NCBI RefSeq assembly: GCF_009914755.1
Contig: NC_060940.1
Origin: the human T2T-CHM13v2.0 reference genome, Homo sapiens
Reading direction: 5' to 3' (one strand)
Length of the DNA stretch: 64,000 bases
Every line of letters starts with the position of its first letter. Position 1 is the stretch's first letter. Made by a program: the position numbers and the translations under genes. The notes beneath the pieces were generated by a model. It saw only the letters and a program-made list of their open reading frames with translations. It was not told where the DNA came from and ran no database searches. This document shows, one piece after another, positions 27,601 to 42,970 of this stretch.

Positions 27601-30600
27601 ATTCAACTCCATTCGATGTTTCCATTCGAGTTCATTCTATTATTCCATTAGATTCCATTCGATGATGATTCCATTCGATTCCATTTGATGATTGCATTCT
27701 ATTTCATTTGATGATGATTCCATTCGAGTCCACTCGATGATTCCATTCGAGTCCATTTAATGAATCCATTGGTTTCAATTCTATGATGATTACATTGGAT
27801 TCCATTCGTTGATGATTTCATTCGGTTCCATTCAATGATGATTCCATTCAATTCCTTTCAATGTTTCAATTCAATTCCATACGATGATGATTCCATTTGA
27901 TTTGATTCGACAGTGAGCCATTCGATTCAATTCCATGATGGTTCTATTTGATTCAATTGGTTGACATTTCCATTCGATTCCATTCGATGATGATTCCCTT
28001 TGATTCCGTTCAAAGATGATTCCATTCTAGCCCATTCAATCATTCCATTCGATTCTATTCAATGATGATTCCATTCATGTCGATTTGGTGATTCCATTTG
28101 ACTTCATTTGATGATGATTCCTTTCAAGTTCATTAGATGATTCCATTCGATTCCATTTGATGATGATCCCATTCGAGTCCATTCAGTGATTCCATTCGTT
28201 TCTATTCCATGATGATTCCATTCCTTTCCATTCAATGATTCCATTCGATTCCGTTTGATGATGATTTCATTCGAGTCCATTTGATGATTCCATTTGATTC
28301 CATTCGATGATGATTCCATTCGAGTCCATTCGATGATTCTATTCGAATCCATTTGATGATTTCTTTTGATTATATTTGGTGATGATTCCATTGGAGTCCA
28401 TTCAATGATTCCATTCTATTCCAATCGATGATGATTCCATTAGAGTCCATTTAATGATTCCATTTGATTCCAGTCTCTGATGATTACATTCGAGTCCATA
28501 CGATGATTCCACTCAATTCCATATGATGATGATTCCATTTGATTCCATTCGGTGATTCCATTCTATTCTATTCAATGGTGATTCCATTCGAGTACATTAG
28601 ATGATTCCATTCGATTCCATTCAATGATGATTCTATTTGTGTCCCTTAGATGATTCCACATGATTCCATTAGATGATGATACTATTTGAGCCCATCCAAT
28701 GATTCCCTTCGATTCCATTCGATGAGGATTCCATTCGATTCAATTCATTGGTGATTCTATTCAATTCAATTCTTTGATTCCATTCCATTCCATTCGACAA
28801 TGATTCCATTCGATTTCTTTCGATGATTCCACTCGATTCCACTTGACATTGATTCCATTCGATTCCATTCAATGATTCCATTTGATTCCAGTGGATGATG
28901 ATTGCCATCGATTCCATTCGATCACTCCATTCTATTCCATTTGATGATGATTACATTCGATTCCATTTGATGATTCCATCTGATTCTATTCGAGGATTCC
29001 ATTTGATTCCATTCGATGATGATTCCATTCGAGTCCATTCGATGATTTCATTCGAGTACATCCAATGATTCCATTCGAGTCCATTAGATGATTCCATTTG
29101 ATTCCATTTGAAAATGATTCTACTAGAGTCCATTCAATGACTCCATTCGAGTCCATTCAACAATTCCATTCGACTCCATTCGATGATTCCATTCGATTCC
29201 ATTTGATGGTTCCATTCGAGTCCATTTAATCATTACAGTCGAGTCCATTTGGTGATTCCACTGGATTTCTTTTGATAATGATACCATTCAATTACATTTG
29301 ATGATGATCCCATTCAATTTCATTTGATGATGATTCCATTAGAGTCCATTCGATGATTTCATTCGAGTCCCTTCATTGATTCCATCCAATTTCATTGGAT
29401 GATGACTCCATTCGAGTCCATTCGATGATTCCACTCGATTCCATTAGATGACTCCATTGGAGTCCATTTGATTGTTCCATTCGATTCCATTCGATTCCTT
29501 TCGAAGATTATTCCATTTGAGTCCATTCGATGATGATTCCATTCCATTCCATTCGATGATTCCGTTTGATTCCATTCGATGATTCCCTTCGATTCCTTTC
29601 TTTGATGATTCCATTCCATTCCATTCAATGATTCCATTCGAATCTATTCCATGATGATTCCTTTCGATTCCATTCGCTGATGTTTCCGTTCAATTCCATT
29701 CGATGATGATTCCATTCGATTCCATTCATTGAGGATTCCATTTGATTCCATTCAATGATGATTCCATTCTATTCCATTCAATGATTGCATTCAATTCCAT
29801 TCAATGATTATCCCATTAGAGTAAACTCAACGATTCCATTCAATACCATTCGATGATGATTCCTTTTGAGTCCATTCAATGATTTCATTCAAGTCCATTT
29901 GATGATTCCTTTCAATTCCATTCTATGATGATTCCATTCGAGTCCATTCGATGATTCCATTCGATTGCATTCGATGATTCCATTATATTCCAGTCAACGA
30001 TGATTCCATTCGAGTCCATTCGATGATTCCATTAGAGTACATTTAATGATTGCTTTGTTTTCAATTCGAAGATGATTACATTGGATTCCATTCTATGATA
30101 CCATTCGATTCCATTCAATGATGATTCCACTCAAATCCATTGGATGATTCCATTCGTGTCCATTCGGTGATTTCATTAGATTCCATTCGAGGATGATTCC
30201 ATTCGATTCCATTCGATGATTCCATTCAATTCCATTCGATGATGATTCCATTCCATTCCATATGATCATTCCATTTGATTTCATTCGATGATGATTCCAT
30301 TCAATTCGATTCGACGATTCCATTCTATTCCATTCGATGATGATTCCATTCGAGTCCATTCGATGATTCCATTCGAGTCCATTTAATGATTCCATTGGGT
30401 TCAATTCAATGATGATTACATTGGATTCCGTTCTATGATTCCATTCAATTCCGTTCATTGACAATTTGATTCCATTCGATGATGATTCCATTTGAGTTCA
30501 TTCTATGATTCTATTCGATTCTCTTCGATGGTGATTCAATTCTATTATATTGGATGATTCCATTCGATTCCATTTGATGTTGATTCAATTCGATTCTATT

Positions 30601-30746
30601 CGATGATGATTCCATTGGATTTCACTTGATGATTCTATTCGATTCCATTCAATGATGATTCACTTCTCGTCCATTGGATGATTCCATTTCATTCCATTCG
30701 ATGATGATTCCATTCGATTCCATTCGATGATTCCATTTGATTCCAT
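24635..30746 (+). repeat. HOR copy U5, canonical 6112 bp
   Basis: Landmark spacing 24635 to 30747; ORF-track offsets agree. Confidence 0.93.
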
Positions 30747-33700
30747 GCGACGGTGAGCAATTCGATTCAATTCCATGATGATTCTATTTGATTCAATTAG
30801 ATGATGTTTCCATTCGAATCCATTCCATGATTATTCCATTGGAATCCATTCGGCGATGATTCCATATGAGTCAATTCAATGATGATTCCATATGGGTCCG
30901 TTCGATGATAATTCCATTTGATTTCATTCGATGCTTCTATTCTATTCCAGTCGATGATGATTCCGTTGGAGTCCATACGATGATTCCATTTGATTTCATT
31001 TGATGATGATTCCATTCGATGATGATTACATTGGATTCCATTCTATGATTCCATTCAATTCCATTCGTTGATGATTCGATTCCATTCAATGATGATTCCA
31101 TTTGAGTTCATTCGATGATTCTATTCGATTCCGTTCGATGGTGATTCAATTCTATTATATTGGATGATTCCACTCGATTCCATTTGATGATTATTCCATT
31201 GGAGTCCACTTAGTGAATCCTTTAGATTCTACTCGACGATGATTCCATTCGAGTCCATTCGATGATACCATTCAATTCCATTCGTTGATGCTTCCATTCA
31301 AGTGCATTCGATGATATCATTCGATTCCATTTGATGATAATTCCATTTGATTCCATGCGATGATTCTATTCGATTCCATTCAATGATAATTCCATTCAAT
31401 TCAGTGATTCCTCTGGACTCCATTTGATGATGATTCCATTCAATGATTCCATTCGATTCTATTCGAAAATGATTCCATTTGAATCCATTTGATGATGATT
31501 CCATTAGATTCCATTTGATGATTCCATTCGATTCCATTCGACGATGATTCCATTCGATTCCGTTTGATGATTCCATTCTATTCTATTCGATGATGATTCC
31601 ATTCGATTCCATTCGATGATGATTGGATTCGATTCCATTTGATGATTTCATTTGATTCCATTCGTTAATGATTTCGATCAATTCCATTCGATGATTCCAT
31701 TCGATTCCATTCGATAATGATTACATCCGAGTCCATTCGATGATTCCCTTTGAGCCTGTTCGATAATTCCATTTGAGTCCAACCAATGATTCCATTCATT
31801 TCCATTCAATGATTCCATTCGAGTCCATTTGATCATTCCGGTAGGGTCCATTCGATGTTGATTCCATTGGAGTGCATTCGATGATTCCATTCGAGTCCAT
31901 TTTAGGATTTGATTCGAGTCCTTTCGATGATTCCATTCGATTCCACTCGATGATGATTTCATTCGAGTCCATTCGACACTTCCAATCGATTCCATTTGAT
32001 GATTCCATTCGAGTCCAATTGATGATTCCATTCAATTCCATTCGATGATGATTCCGTACGATTCCATTCTGTGATGATTCCATGTGATTGCATTCAATGA
32101 TGATTCCTTTCGATTGCATTCGATTATGATTCATTTCGTGTTCATTCTATGGTTCCACAGGTTTCCATTCGTGTCCATTCCATTATTCCATTCTATTCCA
32201 TTTGATGATGATTCCATTCGATTCCATTCATTGGTGATTCCACTCAATTCCATTCAATGATTCCATTCCATTTCTTTCAACAATGATTCCATTACTTTCT
32301 AATCGATGATCCACTTGATTCCATTTGACGACGATTCCATTCTTGTCCATTCGATGATTCCATTTGATTCCATATGATGATGATTCCATTCGATTCCATA
32401 CCATGATGATTCCATTCGAGTCCATTCAATGGTGATTCCATTCAATTCCATTCGATGATTCCTTTTGATTCCATTCGATGATGATGGCATTCGATTCCTT
32501 TCAATCATTCCCTTTGATTCCATTCAAAGGTGATTTCATTCAAGTCCATTCGATAATTGCATTCGATTCCATTCTATGATGATTCCATTCGAGTCCATTT
32601 GATGATTCCATTCTATTCAAGTCAATGATGATTCCATTCGATTCCATTCGATGATTCCATTGGATTCCATTCGATGATGATTCCATTCAAATCCATTCGA
32701 TAATTCAATTCAAGTCCATTCGATGATGATTCCAATCGAATCCATTCAAAGATTCCATTCAGTTCCATTCGATGATTCCCTTAGATTCCATTCGATGATT
32801 CCACTTGATTGCATTTACGATGATTCCATTCGATTCCATGTGATGATTCCATTCAATTCTATTCAATGATGTCTCCATTTGATTCCATTCGACCATGATT
32901 GCCTTTGATTCCATTCAATGATTCCATTCGGTTCCGTTTGATGATGATTCCGTTCGATTCCATTTGATGATTCCATTTGATTCCATTGGATGAGTCCATT
33001 CGATTACATTCGATGATTATTCCATTCGAGTGCATTAGATGATTCCATTCGAGTCCATTCGATGATTCCATTCGATTCCATTCGATGTTGATTCTGTTCA
33101 AATCCATTCGATGATTCCACTCGATTCCATTCGTTGACTCCATTTGATCCCATTCGATGATTTCCTTTGATTCCCTTTGATGATCATTCCATTTGATTCA
33201 ATTCGGTGATTTCATTTGATTCCATTCAGTGATGTTTCCATTCGACTCCATTCGATGATGATTCCATTCGACTCCATTCGATTATGATTTCATTCAATTC
33301 CATTCGATAATGATTCCCTTCGAGTCCATTCGATGATTCCATTCGATTCCATTCAACGATGATTTGATTCGTGTCCATTCGATGATTCCATTTGATTCCA
33401 CTTGATGATGATTCCATTCGAGTCCATTTGATGATTCCATTCAATTCCATACTCCGATGATTTCTTTTGAGCCCACTCAATGCTTCCACTCGATTCCATA
33501 TGATGATGACTCCATTCCATGAAATTCGATGATGATTCCATTCGCTTGCTTTCGATGATGATTCCACTTGAGTCCGTTAGAAGATTCTATTCAATTACAT
33601 TCCAGGACGATTCCGTTCGAGTCCATTTGATGATTCCATTAGACTCCATTCGACGATGATTCCATTCGATGTTATTCGATGATTCCATTCGATCTCATTC

Positions 33701-36700
33701 GATGATGATTCCATTCAACTCCATTCGATGTTTCCATTCGAGTTCATTCTATTATTCCATTAGATTCCATTCGATGATGATTCCATTCGATTCCATTTGA
33801 TGATTGCATTCTATTTCATTTGATGATGATTCCATTCGAGTCCACTCGATGATTCCATTCGAGTCCATTTAATGAATCCATTGGTTTCAATTCTATGATG
33901 ATTACATTGGATTCCATTCGTTGATGATTTCATTCGGTTCCATTCAATGATGATTCCATTCAATTCCTTTCAATGTTTCCATTCAATTCCATACGATGAT
34001 GATTCCATTTGATTTGATTCGACAGTGAGCCATTCGATTCAATTCCATGACGATTCTATTTTATTCAATTGGTTGACATTTCCATTCGATTCCATTCGAT
34101 GATGATTCCCTTTGATTCCGTTCAAAGATGATTCCATTCTAGCCCATTCAATCATTCCATTCGATTCTATTCAATGATGATTCCATTCATGTCGATTTGG
34201 TGATTCCATTTGACTTCATTTGATGATGATTCCTTTCAAGTTCATTAGATGATTCCATTCGATTCCATTTGATGATGATCCCATTCGAGTCCATTCAGTG
34301 ATTCCATTCGTTTCTATTCCATGATGATTCCATTCCTTTCCATTCAATGATTGCATTCGATTCCGTTTGATGATGATTTCATTCGAGTCCATTTGATGAT
34401 TCCATTTGATTCCATTCGATGATGATTCCATTCGAGTCCATTCGATGATTCTATTCGAATCCATTTGATGATTTCTTTTGATTATATTTGGTGATGATTC
34501 CATTGGAGTCCATTCAATGATTCCATTCTATTCCAATCGATGATGATTCCATTAGAGTCCATTTAATGATTCCATTTGATTCCAGTCTCTGATGATTACA
34601 TTCGAGTCCATACGATGATTCTACTCAATTCCATATGATGATGATTCCATTTGATTCCATTCGGTGATTCCATTCTATTCTATTCAATGGTGATTCCATT
34701 CGAGTACATTAGATGATTCCATTCGATTCCATTCAATGATGATTCTATTTGTGTCCCTTAGATGATTCCACATGATTCCATTAGATGATGATACTATTTG
34801 AGCCCATCCAATGATTCCCTTCGATTCCATTCGATGAGGATTCCATTCGATTCAATTCATTGGTGATTCTATTCAATTCAATTCTTTGATTCCATTCCAT
34901 TCCATTCGACAATGATTCCATTCGATTTCTTTCGATGATTCCACTCGATTCCACTTGACATTGATTCCATTCGATTCCATTCAATGATTCCATTTGATTC
35001 CAGTGGATGATGATTGCCATCGATTCCATTCGATCACTCCATTCTATTCCATTTGATGATGATTACATTCGATTCCATTTGATGATTCCATCTGATTCTA
35101 TTCGAGGATTCCATTTGATTCCATTCGATGATGATTCCATTCGAGTCCATTCGATGATTTCATTCGAGTACATCCAATGATTCCATTCGAGTCCATTAGA
35201 TGATTCCATTTGATTCCATTTGAAAATGATTCTACTAGAGTCCATTCAATGACTCCATTCGAGTCCATTCAACAATTCCATTCGACTCCATTCGATGATT
35301 CCATTCGATTCCATTTGATGGTTCCATTCGAGTCCATTTAATCATTACAGTCGAGTCCATTTGGTGATTCCACTGGATTTCTTTTGATAATGATACCATT
35401 CAATTACATTTGATGATGATCCCATTCAATTTCATTTGATGATGATTCCATTAGAGTCCATTCGATGATTTCATTCGAGTCCCTTCATTGATTCCATCCG
35501 ATTTCATTGGATGATGACTCCATTCGAGTCCATTCGATGATTCCACTCGATTCCATTAGATGACTCCATTGGAGCCCATTTGATTGTTCCATTCGATTCC
35601 ATTCGATTCCTTTCGAAGATTATTCCATTTGAGTCCATTCGATGATGATTCCATTCCATTCCATTTGATGATTCCGTTTGATTCCATTCGATGATTCCCT
35701 TCGATTCCTTTCTTTGATGATTCCATTCCATTCCATTCAATGATTCCATTCGAATCTATTCCATGATGATTCCTTTCGATTCCATTCGCTGATGTTTCCG
35801 TTCAATTCCATTCGATGATGATTCCATTCGATTCCATTCATTGAGGATTCCATTTGATTCCATTCAATGATGATTCCATTCTATTCCATTCAATGATTGC
35901 ATTCAATTCCATTCAATGATTATCCCATTAGAGTAAACTCAACGATTCCATTCAATACCATTCGATGATGATTCCTTTTGAGTCCATTCAATGATTTCAT
36001 TCAAGTCCATTTGATGATTCCTTTCAATTCCATTCTATGATGATTCCATTCGAGTCCATTCGATGATTCCATTCGATTGCATTCGATGATTCCATTATAT
36101 TCCATTCAACGGTGATTCCATTCGAGTACATTCCATGATTCCATTAGAGTACATTTAATGATTGCTTTGTTTTCAATTCGAAGATGATTACATTGGATTC
36201 CATTCTATGATACCATTCGATTCCATTCAATGATGATTCCACTCAAATCCATTGGATGATTCCATTCGTGTCCATTCGGTGATTTCATTAGATTCCATTC
36301 GAGGATGATTCCATTCGATTCCATTCGATGATTCCATTCAATTCCATTCGATGATGATTCCATTCCAGTCCATATGATCATTCCATTTGATTTCATTCGA
36401 TGATGATTCCATTCGATTCCATTCGACGATTCCATTCTATTCCATTCGATGATGATTCCATTCGAGTCCATTCGATGATTCCATTCGAGTCCATTTAATG
36501 ATTCCATTGGGTTCAATTCAATGATGATTACATTGGATTCCGTTCTATGATTCCATTCAATTCCGTTCATTGACAATTTGATTCCATTCGATGATGATTC
36601 CATTTGAGTTCATTCGATGATTCTATTCGATTCTCTTCGATGTTGATTCAATTCTATTATATTGGATGATTCCATTCGATTCCATTTGATGTTGATTCAA

Positions 36701-36858
36701 TTCGATTCTATTCGATGATGATTCCATTGGATTTCACTTGATGATTCTATTCGATTCCATTCAATGATGATTCACTTCTCGTCCATTGGATGATTCCATT
36801 TCATTCCATTCGATGATGATTCCATTCGATTCCATTCGATGATTCCATTTGATTCCAT
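30747..36858 (+). repeat. HOR copy U6, canonical 6112 bp
   Basis: Landmark spacing 30747 to 36859. Confidence 0.93.
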
Positions 36859-39800
36859 GCGACGGTGAGCAATTCGATTCAATTCCATGATGATTCTATT
36901 TGATTCAATTAGATGATGTTTCCATTCGAATCCATTCCATGATTATTCCATTGGAATCCATTCGGCGATGATTCCATATGAGTCAATTCAATGATGATTC
37001 CATATGGGTCCGTTCGATGATAATTCCATTTGATTTCATTCGATGCTTCTATTCTATTCCAGTCGATGATGATTCCGTTGGAGTCCATACGATGATTCCA
37101 TTTGATTTCATTTGATGATGATTCCATTCGATGATGATTACATTGGATTCCATTCTATGATTCCATTCAATTCCATTCGTTGATGATTCGATTCCATTCA
37201 ATGATGATTCCATTTGAGTTCATTCGATGATTCTATTCGATTCCGTTCGATGGTGATTCAATTCTATTATATTGGATGATTCCACTCGATTCCATTTGAT
37301 GATTATTCCATTGGAGTCCACTTAGTGAATCCTTTAGATTCTACTCGACGATGATTCCATTCGAGTCCATTCGATGATACCATTCAATTCCATTCGTTGA
37401 TGCTTCCATTCAAGTGCATTCGATGATATCATTCGATTCCATTTGATGATAATTCCATTTGATTCCATGCGATGATTCTATTCGATTCCATTCAATGATA
37501 TTTCCATTCAATTCAGTGATTCCTCTGGACTCCATTTGATGATGATTCCATTCAATGATTCCATTCGATTCTATTCGAAAATGATTCCATTTGAATCCAT
37601 TTGATGATGATTCCATTAGATTCCATTTGATGATTCCATTCGATTCCATTCGACGATGATTCCATTCGATTCCGTTTGATGATTCCATTCTATTCTATTC
37701 GATGATGATTCCATTCGATTCCATTCGATGATGATTGGATTCGATTCCATTTGATGATTTCATTTGATTCCATTCGTTAATGATTTCGATCAATTCCATT
37801 CGATGATTCCATTCGATTCCATTCGATAATGATTACATCCGGGTCCATTCGATGATTCCCTTTGAGCCTGTTCGATAATTCCATTTGAGTCCAACCAATG
37901 ATTCCATTCATTTCCATTCAATGATTCCATTCGAGTCCATTTGATCATTCCAGTAGGGTCCATTCGATGTTGATTCCATTGGAGTGCATTCGATGATTCC
38001 ATTCGAGTCCATTTTAGGATTTGATTCGAGTCCTTTCGATGATTCCATTCGATTCCACTCGATGATGATTTCATTCGAGTCCATTCGACACTTCCAATCG
38101 ATTCCATTTGATGATTCCATTCGAGTCCAATTGATGATTCCATTCAATTCCATTCGATGATGATTCCGTACGATTCCATTCTGTGATGATTCCATGTGAT
38201 TGCATTCAATGATGATTCCTTTCGATTGCATTCGATTATGATTCATTTCGTGTTCATTCTATGGTTCCACAGGTTTCCATTCGTGTCCATTCCATTATTC
38301 CATTCTATTCCATTTGATGATGATTCCATTCGATTCCATTCATTGGTGATTCCACTCAATTCCATTCAATGATTCCATTCCATTTCTTTCAACAATGATT
38401 CCATTAGTTTCTAATCGATGATCCACTTGATTCCATTTGACGACGATTCCATTCTTGTCCATTCGATGATTCCATTTGATTCCATATGATGATGATTCCA
38501 TTCGATTCCATACCATGATGATTCCATTCGAGTCCATTCAATGGTGATTCCATTCAATTCCATTCGATGATTCCTTTTGATTCCATTCGATGATGATGGC
38601 ATTCGATTCCTTTCAATCATTCCCTTTGATTCCATTCAAAGGTGATTTCATTCAAGTCCATTCGATAATTGCATTCGATTCCATTCTATGATGATTCCAT
38701 TCGAGTCCATTTGATGATTCCATTCAATTCAAGTCAATGATGATTCCATTCGATTCCATTCGATGATTCCATTGGATTCCATTCGATGATGATTCCATTC
38801 AAATCCATTCGATAATTCAATTCAAGTCCATTCGATGATGATTCCAATCGAATCCATTCAAAGATTCCATTCAGTTCCATTCGATGATTCCCTTAGATTC
38901 CATTAGATGATCCAACTTGATTGCATTTACGATGATTCCATTCGATTCCATGTGATGATTCCATTCAATTCTATTCAATGATGTCTCCATTTGATTCCAT
39001 TCGACCATGATTGCCTTTGATTCCATTCAATGATTCCATTCGGTTCCGTTTGATGATGATTCCGTTCGATTCCATTTGATGATTCCATTTGATTCCATTG
39101 GATGAGTCCATTCGATTACATTCGATGATTATTCCATTCGAGTGCATTAGATGATTCCATTCGAGTCCATTCGATGATTCCATTCGATTCCATTCGATGT
39201 TGATTCTGTTCAAATCCATTCGATGATTCCACTCGATTCCATTCGTTGACTCCATTTGATCCCATTCGATGATTTCCTTTGATTCCCTTTGATGATCATT
39301 CCATTTGATTCAATTCGGTGATTTCATTTGATTCCATTCAGTGATGTTTCCATTCGACTCCATTCGATGATGATTCCATTCGACTCCATTCGATTATGAT
39401 TTCATTCAATTCCATTCGATAATGATTCCCTTCGAGTCCATTCGATGATTCCATTCGATTCCATTCAACGATGATTTGATTCGTGTCCATTCGATGATTC
39501 CATTTGATTCCACTTGATGATGATTCCATTCGAGTCCATTTGATGATTCCATTCAATTCCATACTCCGATGATTTCTTTTGAGCCCACTCAATGCTTCCA
39601 CTCGATTCCATATGATGATGACTCCATTCCATGAAATTCGATGATGATTCCATTCGCTTGCTTTCGATGATGATTCCACTTGAGTCCGTTAGAAGATTCT
39701 ATTCAATTACATTCCAGGACGATTCCGTTCGAGTCCATTTGATGATTCCATTAGACTCCATTCGACGATGATTCCATTCGATGTTATTCGATGATTCCAT

Positions 39801-42800
39801 TCGATCTCATTCGATGATGATTCCATTCAACTCCATTCGATGTTTCCATTCGAGTTCATTCTATTATTCCATTAGATTCCATTCGATGATGATTCCATTC
39901 GATTCCATTTGATGATTGCATTCTATTTCATTTGATGATGATTCCATTCGAGTCCACTCGATGATTCCATTCGAGTCCATTTAATGAATCCATTGGTTTC
40001 AATTCTATGATGATTACATTGGATTCCATTCGTTGATGATTTCATTCGGTTCCATTCAATGATGATTCCATTCAATTCCTTTCAATGTTTCCATTCAATT
40101 CCATACGATGATGATTCCATTTGATTTGATTCGACAGTGAGCCATTCGATTCAATTCCATGATGATTCTATTTGATTCAATTGGTTGACATTTCCATTCG
40201 ATTCCATTCGATGATGATTCCCTTTGATTCCGTTCAAAGATGATTCCATTCTAGCCCATTCAATCATTCCATTCGATTCTATTCAATGATGATTCCATTC
40301 ATGTCGATTTGGTGATTCCATTTGACTTCATTTGATGATGATTCCTTTCAAGTTCATTAGATGATTCCATTCGATTCCATTTGATGATGATCCCATTCGA
40401 GTCCATTCAGTGATTCCATTCGTTTCCATTCCATGATGATTCCATTCCTTTCCATTCAATGATTCCATTCGATTCCGTTTGATGATGATTTCATTCGAGT
40501 CCATTTGATGATTCCATTTGATTCCATTCGATGATGATTCCATTCGAGTCCATTCGATGATTCTATTCGAATCCATTTGATGATTTCTTTTGATTATATT
40601 TGGTGATTATTCCATTGGAGTCCATTCAATGATTCCATTCTATTCCAATCGATGATGATTCCATTAGAGTCCATTTAATGATTCCATTTGATTCCAGTCT
40701 CTGATGATTACATTCGAGTCCATACGATGATTCCACTCAATTCCATATGATGATGATTCCATTTGATTCCATTCGGTGATTCCGTTCTATTCTATTCAAT
40801 GGTGATTCCATTCGAGTACATTAGATGATTCCATTCGATTCCATTCAATGATGATTCTATTTGTGTCCCTTAGATGATTCCACATGATTCCATTAGATGA
40901 TGATACTATTTGAGCCCATCCAATGATTCCCTTCGATTCCATTCGATGAGGATTCCATTCGATTCAATTCATTGGTGATTCTATTCAATTCAATTCTTTG
41001 ATTCCATTCCATTCCATTCGACAATGATTCCATTCGATTTCTTTCGATGATTCCACTCGATTCCACTTGACATTGATTCCATTCGATTCCATTCAATGAT
41101 TCCATTTGATTCCAGTGGATGATGATTGCCATCGATTCCATTCGATCACTCCATTCTATTCCATTTGATGATGATTACATTCGATTCCATTTGATGATTC
41201 CATCTGATTCTATTCGAGGATTCCATTTGATTCCATTCGATGATGATTCCATTCGAGTCCATTCGATGATTTCATTCGAGTACATCCAATGATTCCATTC
41301 GAGTCCATTAGATGATTCCATTTGATTCCATTTGAAAATGATTCTACTAGAGTCCATTCAATGACTCCATTCGAGTCCATTCAACAGTTCCATTCGACTC
41401 CATTCGATGATTCCATTCGATTCCATTTGATGGTTCCATTCGAGTCCATTTAATCATTACAGTCGAGTCCATTTGGTGATTCCACTGGATTTCTTTTGAT
41501 AATGATACCATTCAATTACATTTGATGATGATCCCATTCAATTTCATTTGATGATGATTCCATTAGAGTCCATTCGATGATTTCATTCGAGTCCCTTCAT
41601 TGATTCCATCCGATTTCATTGGATGATGACTCCATTCGAGTCCATTCGATGATTCCACTCGATTCCATTAGATGACTCCATTGGAGTCCATTTGATTGTT
41701 CCATTCGATTCCATTCGATTCCTTTCGAAGATTATTCCATTTGAGTCCATTCGATGATGATTCCATTCCATTCCATTCGATGATTCCGTTTGATTCCATT
41801 CGATGATTCCCTTCGATTCCTTTCTTTGATGATTCCATTCCATTCCATTCAATGATTCCATTCGAATCTATTCCATGATGATTCCTTTCGATTCCATTCG
41901 CTGATGTTTCCGTTCAATTCCATTCGATGATGATTCCATTCGATTCCATTCATTGAGGATTCCATTTGATTCCATTCAATGATGATTCCATTCTATTCCA
42001 TTCAATGATTGCATTCAATTCCATTCAATGATTATCCCCTTAGAGTAAACTCAACGATTCCATTCAATACCATTCGATGATGATTCCTTTTGAGTCCATT
42101 CAATGATTTCATTCAAGTCCATTTGATGATTCCTTTCAATTCCATTCTATGATGATTCCATTCGAGTCCATTCGATGATTCCATTCGATTGCATTCGATG
42201 ATTCCATTATATTCCATTCAACGGTGATTCCATTCGAGTCCATTCCATGATTCCATTAGAGTACATTTAATGATTGCTTTGTTTTCAATTCGAAGATGAT
42301 TACATTGGATTCCATTCTATGATACCATTCGATTCCATTCAATGATGATTCCACTCAAATCCATTGGATGATTCCATTCGTGTCCATTCGGTGATTTCAT
42401 TAGATTCCATTCGAGGATGATTCCATTCGATTCCATTCGATGATTCCATTCAATTCCATTCGATGATGATTCCATTCCAGTCCATATGATCATTCCATTT
42501 GATTTCATTCGATGATGATTCCATTCGATTCCATTCGACGATTCCATTCTATTCCATTCGATGATGATTCCATTCGAGTCCATTCGATGATTCCATTCGA
42601 GTCCATTTAATGATTCCATTGGGTTCAATTCAATGATGATTACATTGGATTCCGTTCTATGATTCCATTCAACTCCGTTCATTGACAATTTGATTCCATT
42701 CGATGATGATTCCATTTGAGTTCATTCGATGATTCTATTCGATTCTCTTCGATGGTGATTCAATTCTATTATATTGGATGATTCCATTCGATTCCATTTG

Positions 42801-42970
42801 ATGTTGATTCAATTCGATTCTATTCGATGATGATTCCATTGGATTTCACTTGATGATTCTATTCGATTCCATTCAATGATGATTCACTTCTCGTCCATTG
42901 GATGATTCCATTTCATTCCATTCGATGATGATTCCATTCGATTCCATTCGATGATTCCATTTGATTCCAT
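36859..42970 (+). repeat. HOR copy U7, canonical 6112 bp
   Basis: Landmark spacing 36859 to 42971. Confidence 0.93.
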
